A DNA stretch of 47,069 nt, taken from the NCBI GenBank assembly GCA_041302745.1, contig JBFYQP010000037.1:1-47069 (forward strand), written 5' to 3'. The notes beneath the pieces were generated by a model. The model had not been told where the DNA came from, searched no databases, and saw nothing but the letters and a program-made list of their open reading frames with translations. Positions 45,457-47,069 of this stretch are shown piece by piece (positions within the stretch are counted from its first letter, which is position 1; every line of letters starts with the position of its first letter). The position numbers were made by a program, and so were the translations under genes. Source of the DNA: Candidatus Bipolaricaulota bacterium. Its GTDB lineage: Bacteria > Bipolaricaulota > Bipolaricaulia > UBA7950 > UBA9294.

Positions 45457-45539
45457 CTTGAGAACTCCGCCCGCGCGCTCGGCCCGGCCTCCGGCGAGCG
45501 TGCGAGGCTCCGGTTCCCCCTCCTGCCCGTCCTGTTTGG

Positions 45540-45587
45540 TGGTCAGCTTGTCAGACTGGATTGTACACAGTCCTTCGTAGGCCGCAA
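45540..45587 (-). promoter_or_regulatory. Promoter (TTGCGG-N16-TACAAT) plus candidate operator for the AOR operon
   Basis: On the minus strand, TTGCGG lies at 45587-45582 and TACAAT at 45565-45560. After 3 nt comes the palindromic heptamer GTCTGAC (45556-45550), with a second CTGACCA at 45546-45540. This is the only AT-richer patch in the 148-nt gap. Confidence 0.45.
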
Positions 45588-45604
45588 CGCCGAGGCCTTG
45601 CCGG

Positions 45605-46984
45605 CTACCGGCTCTTCGAGGCCTCCCGATTCCCTCCGGTGCGGACAGGACGTCCTCGCCCGGGAGCCGCCACGATTCGCCCCTTCTCCGAGACGACCTC
45701 GCCCCTCGACAGGGTGGCGGTCACGCGGCCGACGATCGGTCGCCCTTCGTAGGGAGAGAAGTCGGTGTGGGAGTGGAGGTCCGCGGCGGCGACCTTCGAC
45801 GTGCTGTCTGGGTCGTATAGGACGACGTCGGCGTCGGACCCGACGTCGAGGGCGCCCTTGCGTGGGTAGATGCCCAGGCGTTTTGCCGGGCGCTCGCAGA
45901 GGATGCGAGCGAGGTCGGTCAGGTGGAGGCGCCCCGTGGCGGCGCCCTCCGTGTAGAGGAGCGGGAGCAGGGTCTCGACGCCCGGGAGTCCGTACGGAAG
46001 ATCGAGGAACGAGCCGTGCCACGTCTTCTGCTCGCGGGTGAACGGGCAGTGGTCCGTGGCGACGTAGTCGATGTCCTGGCTGCGGAGGCCGGCCCAAAGC
46101 GCCTCCCGATCGCCGTCCGTGCGCAGCGGCGGCGCCGCCGAGAAGAGGCGCCCGTCGTCGCGGTCGTAGACGGCGCTCGTCAGGAGAAGGTACTGCGGGC
46201 AGGTTTCCGCGCTGATGGAAGCCCCGTCGGATCGTGCCGTGCGGACCGCGTCGAGGCCGATGTGCGAGCTGACGTGCACGATGTGCAGCGGGCAGCCGGC
46301 TCTGCGCGCGGCTCCCGCGACCTGCGAGATCGCGACCTGCTCTGCGAGGTCGGGGCGCGCCGCGGCCAGCGTTCGCATGCGGCCGCGATCCTCGTCCGTC
46401 AGGCGCGCGGCGATCGATTGGATCAGCCCGTCGTCCTCGGCGTGGACGACCGCCAGGGCGCCCAGCCGAGCCAGCTCGCGGAACGCCGCGGCCATCTCCC
46501 GCGGACCCGTCCGGCGCCCCGACGCGGCGTACGTCGTGTAAAACTTGAAGCTCGAGATCCCGAGATCCACCGCGTCGCGGAACTCGCCCTCCCGCCCCGC
46601 GTGCCACCCGACCACCTCTCCGTGCAGGGCATAGTCGACGACCGAAGGGGCCGCGTCCGCGAGGCGTTCTTCGATCCCTTGCGGGATCGTTCGCCCGGGG
46701 GCGCCGACCGTGAAGTCGACGATCGTCGTGACCCCGCCGCACGCCGCGGCTTGGCTTCCGGAGAGGAAGTCGTCGCTCGAGCGGGTTCCGGCGACAGGCA
46801 GCGCCATGTGGACGTGGGCGTCGATCACGCCCGGGAAGACGAGGAGCCCCGAGGCGTCGAGCTCGCGCCGGCCTCGGAGCCCGGGACCGACGGCGGCGAC
46901 GCGCTCTCCGTCGACGGCGACGTCGGCCGACTCGACGGCAAGCGGGCTGACCAGGGTTCCGTTGCGGATGACGAGATCGTACAT
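45605..46984 (-). CDS. D-hydantoinase/dihydropyrimidinase (cyclic amidohydrolase)
   Basis: MYDLVIRNGTLV...GVIDAHVHM, SSFKFY (carboxylated-Lys position), VVHAEDD, LHIVHVSS and VATDHCPF: the full DHPase metal-ligand set. GAGGAG SD. 459 aa. Confidence 0.85.
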   Translation of the reverse strand: MYDLVIRNGTLVSPLAVESADVAVDGERVAAVGPGLRGRRELDASGLLVFPGVIDAHVHMALPVAGTRSSDDFLSGSQAAACGGVTTIVDFTVGAPGRTIPQGIEERLADAAPSVVDYALHGEVVGWHAGREGEFRDAVDLGISSFKFYTTYAASGRRTGPREMAAAFRELARLGALAVVHAEDDGLIQSIAARLTDEDRGRMRTLAAARPDLAEQVAISQVAGAARRAGCPLHIVHVSSHIGLDAVRTARSDGASISAETCPQYLLLTSAVYDRDDGRLFSAAPPLRTDGDREALWAGLRSQDIDYVATDHCPFTREQKTWHGSFLDLPYGLPGVETLLPLLYTEGAATGRLHLTDLARILCERPAKRLGIYPRKGALDVGSDADVVLYDPDSTSKVAAADLHSHTDFSPYEGRPIVGRVTATLSRGEVVSEKGRIVAAPGRGRPVRTGGNREASKSR

Positions 46985-47024
46985 GGGCTCCTCTTTTCGC
47001 GGCGGAATGCAGGATCTTGCGAAC

Positions 47025-47065
47025 TGGTCAGACAGCATGATAGCATTGCCCGAACGAGGCCTCAA
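47025..47065 (-). promoter_or_regulatory. Promoter (TTGAGG-N17-TATCAT) plus candidate operator for the hydantoinase gene
   Basis: On the minus strand, TTGAGG lies at 47065-47060 and TATCAT at 47042-47037. After 3 nt comes GTCTGAC (47033-47027), which overlaps CTGACCA (47031-47025). On the plus strand the site reads CTGGTCAGACAG. Confidence 0.45.
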
Positions 47066-47069
47066 CCGG

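Noticed and set aside
45457-45549. Possible riboswitch (for example a Moco/Tuco type) in the roughly 90-nt leader of the AOR operon
   Set aside because: I could not find the conserved Moco-motif elements on the coding-sense strand, only generic GC-rich pairings. A covariance-model scan (Rfam) would be needed to exclude it properly.
33056-46742. Long alternative-frame ORFs inside the catabolic cluster (33056..34291 +, 33438..34607 -, 35296..37416 +, 37441..38508 +, 39239..41020 +, 40442..41635 -, 42648..44294 -, 43351..46041 + and 45543..46742 -)
   Set aside because: Same reasoning: no recognisable motifs, extreme Arg/Pro/Gly content, and complete overlap with well-supported enzymes.
31900-47069. 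The catabolic cluster as a mobile genomic island
   Set aside because: There is no integrase, transposase, tRNA target or flanking direct/inverted repeats in the window. Base composition and promoter style look the same as the housekeeping half, and the right boundary is outside the window.

Overview
High-GC bacterial chromosomal window, densely coded. I can support about 45 CDS and saw no rRNA, tRNA, CRISPR array, transposase or integrase. Bases 1 to about 31.9 kb are core housekeeping genes: ftsH (5'-truncated by the window edge), dxr, murJ, rplI, folP, ruvC, polA, glmM, gcvH-gcvPA-gcvPB, dnaB, rpsB-tsf-pyrH, recG, def-fmt, an nth-like gene, cinA, ftsEX, prmC, a yacL-like gene and ispD. A few secreted or hypothetical proteins sit among them. 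From 31.9 kb to the right edge, entirely on the minus strand, lies an accessory catabolic cluster of about 15 kb, which is my main candidate for an undescribed system. In transcription order it encodes a hydantoinase/dihydropyrimidinase, two tandem AOR-family (tungsten-type) oxidoreductases, an SsnA-like amidohydrolase, a PreA-like FMN/[4Fe-4S] reductase, a GntR(FCD) regulator, a carbamate kinase, two YgeW-type carbamoyltransferases, an orphan xanthine-dehydrogenase-family Mo subunit and a DMT permease with a 23-His tail. It shares parts with the E. coli ygeW-hyuA-yqeA-ssnA-xdhD neighbourhood but is wired differently. Two of its promoters carry the same GTCTGAC element 3 nt after the -10 box. 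Other observations: a 7-unit 27-bp tandem array that starts inside the fmt stop region; an FtsE whose catalytic ABC motifs are degenerate; a CARDB plus CsgG-like secreted protein; and several canonical TTGnnn-N16-18-TAnnnT promoters, some so close to the start codon that the mRNAs would be leaderless or nearly so. All functional calls come from motif and family recognition by eye, with no searches run. Many starts were moved inward from the ORF track, which reports the longest ORFs. High GC produces many long spurious overlapping ORFs, which I rejected.
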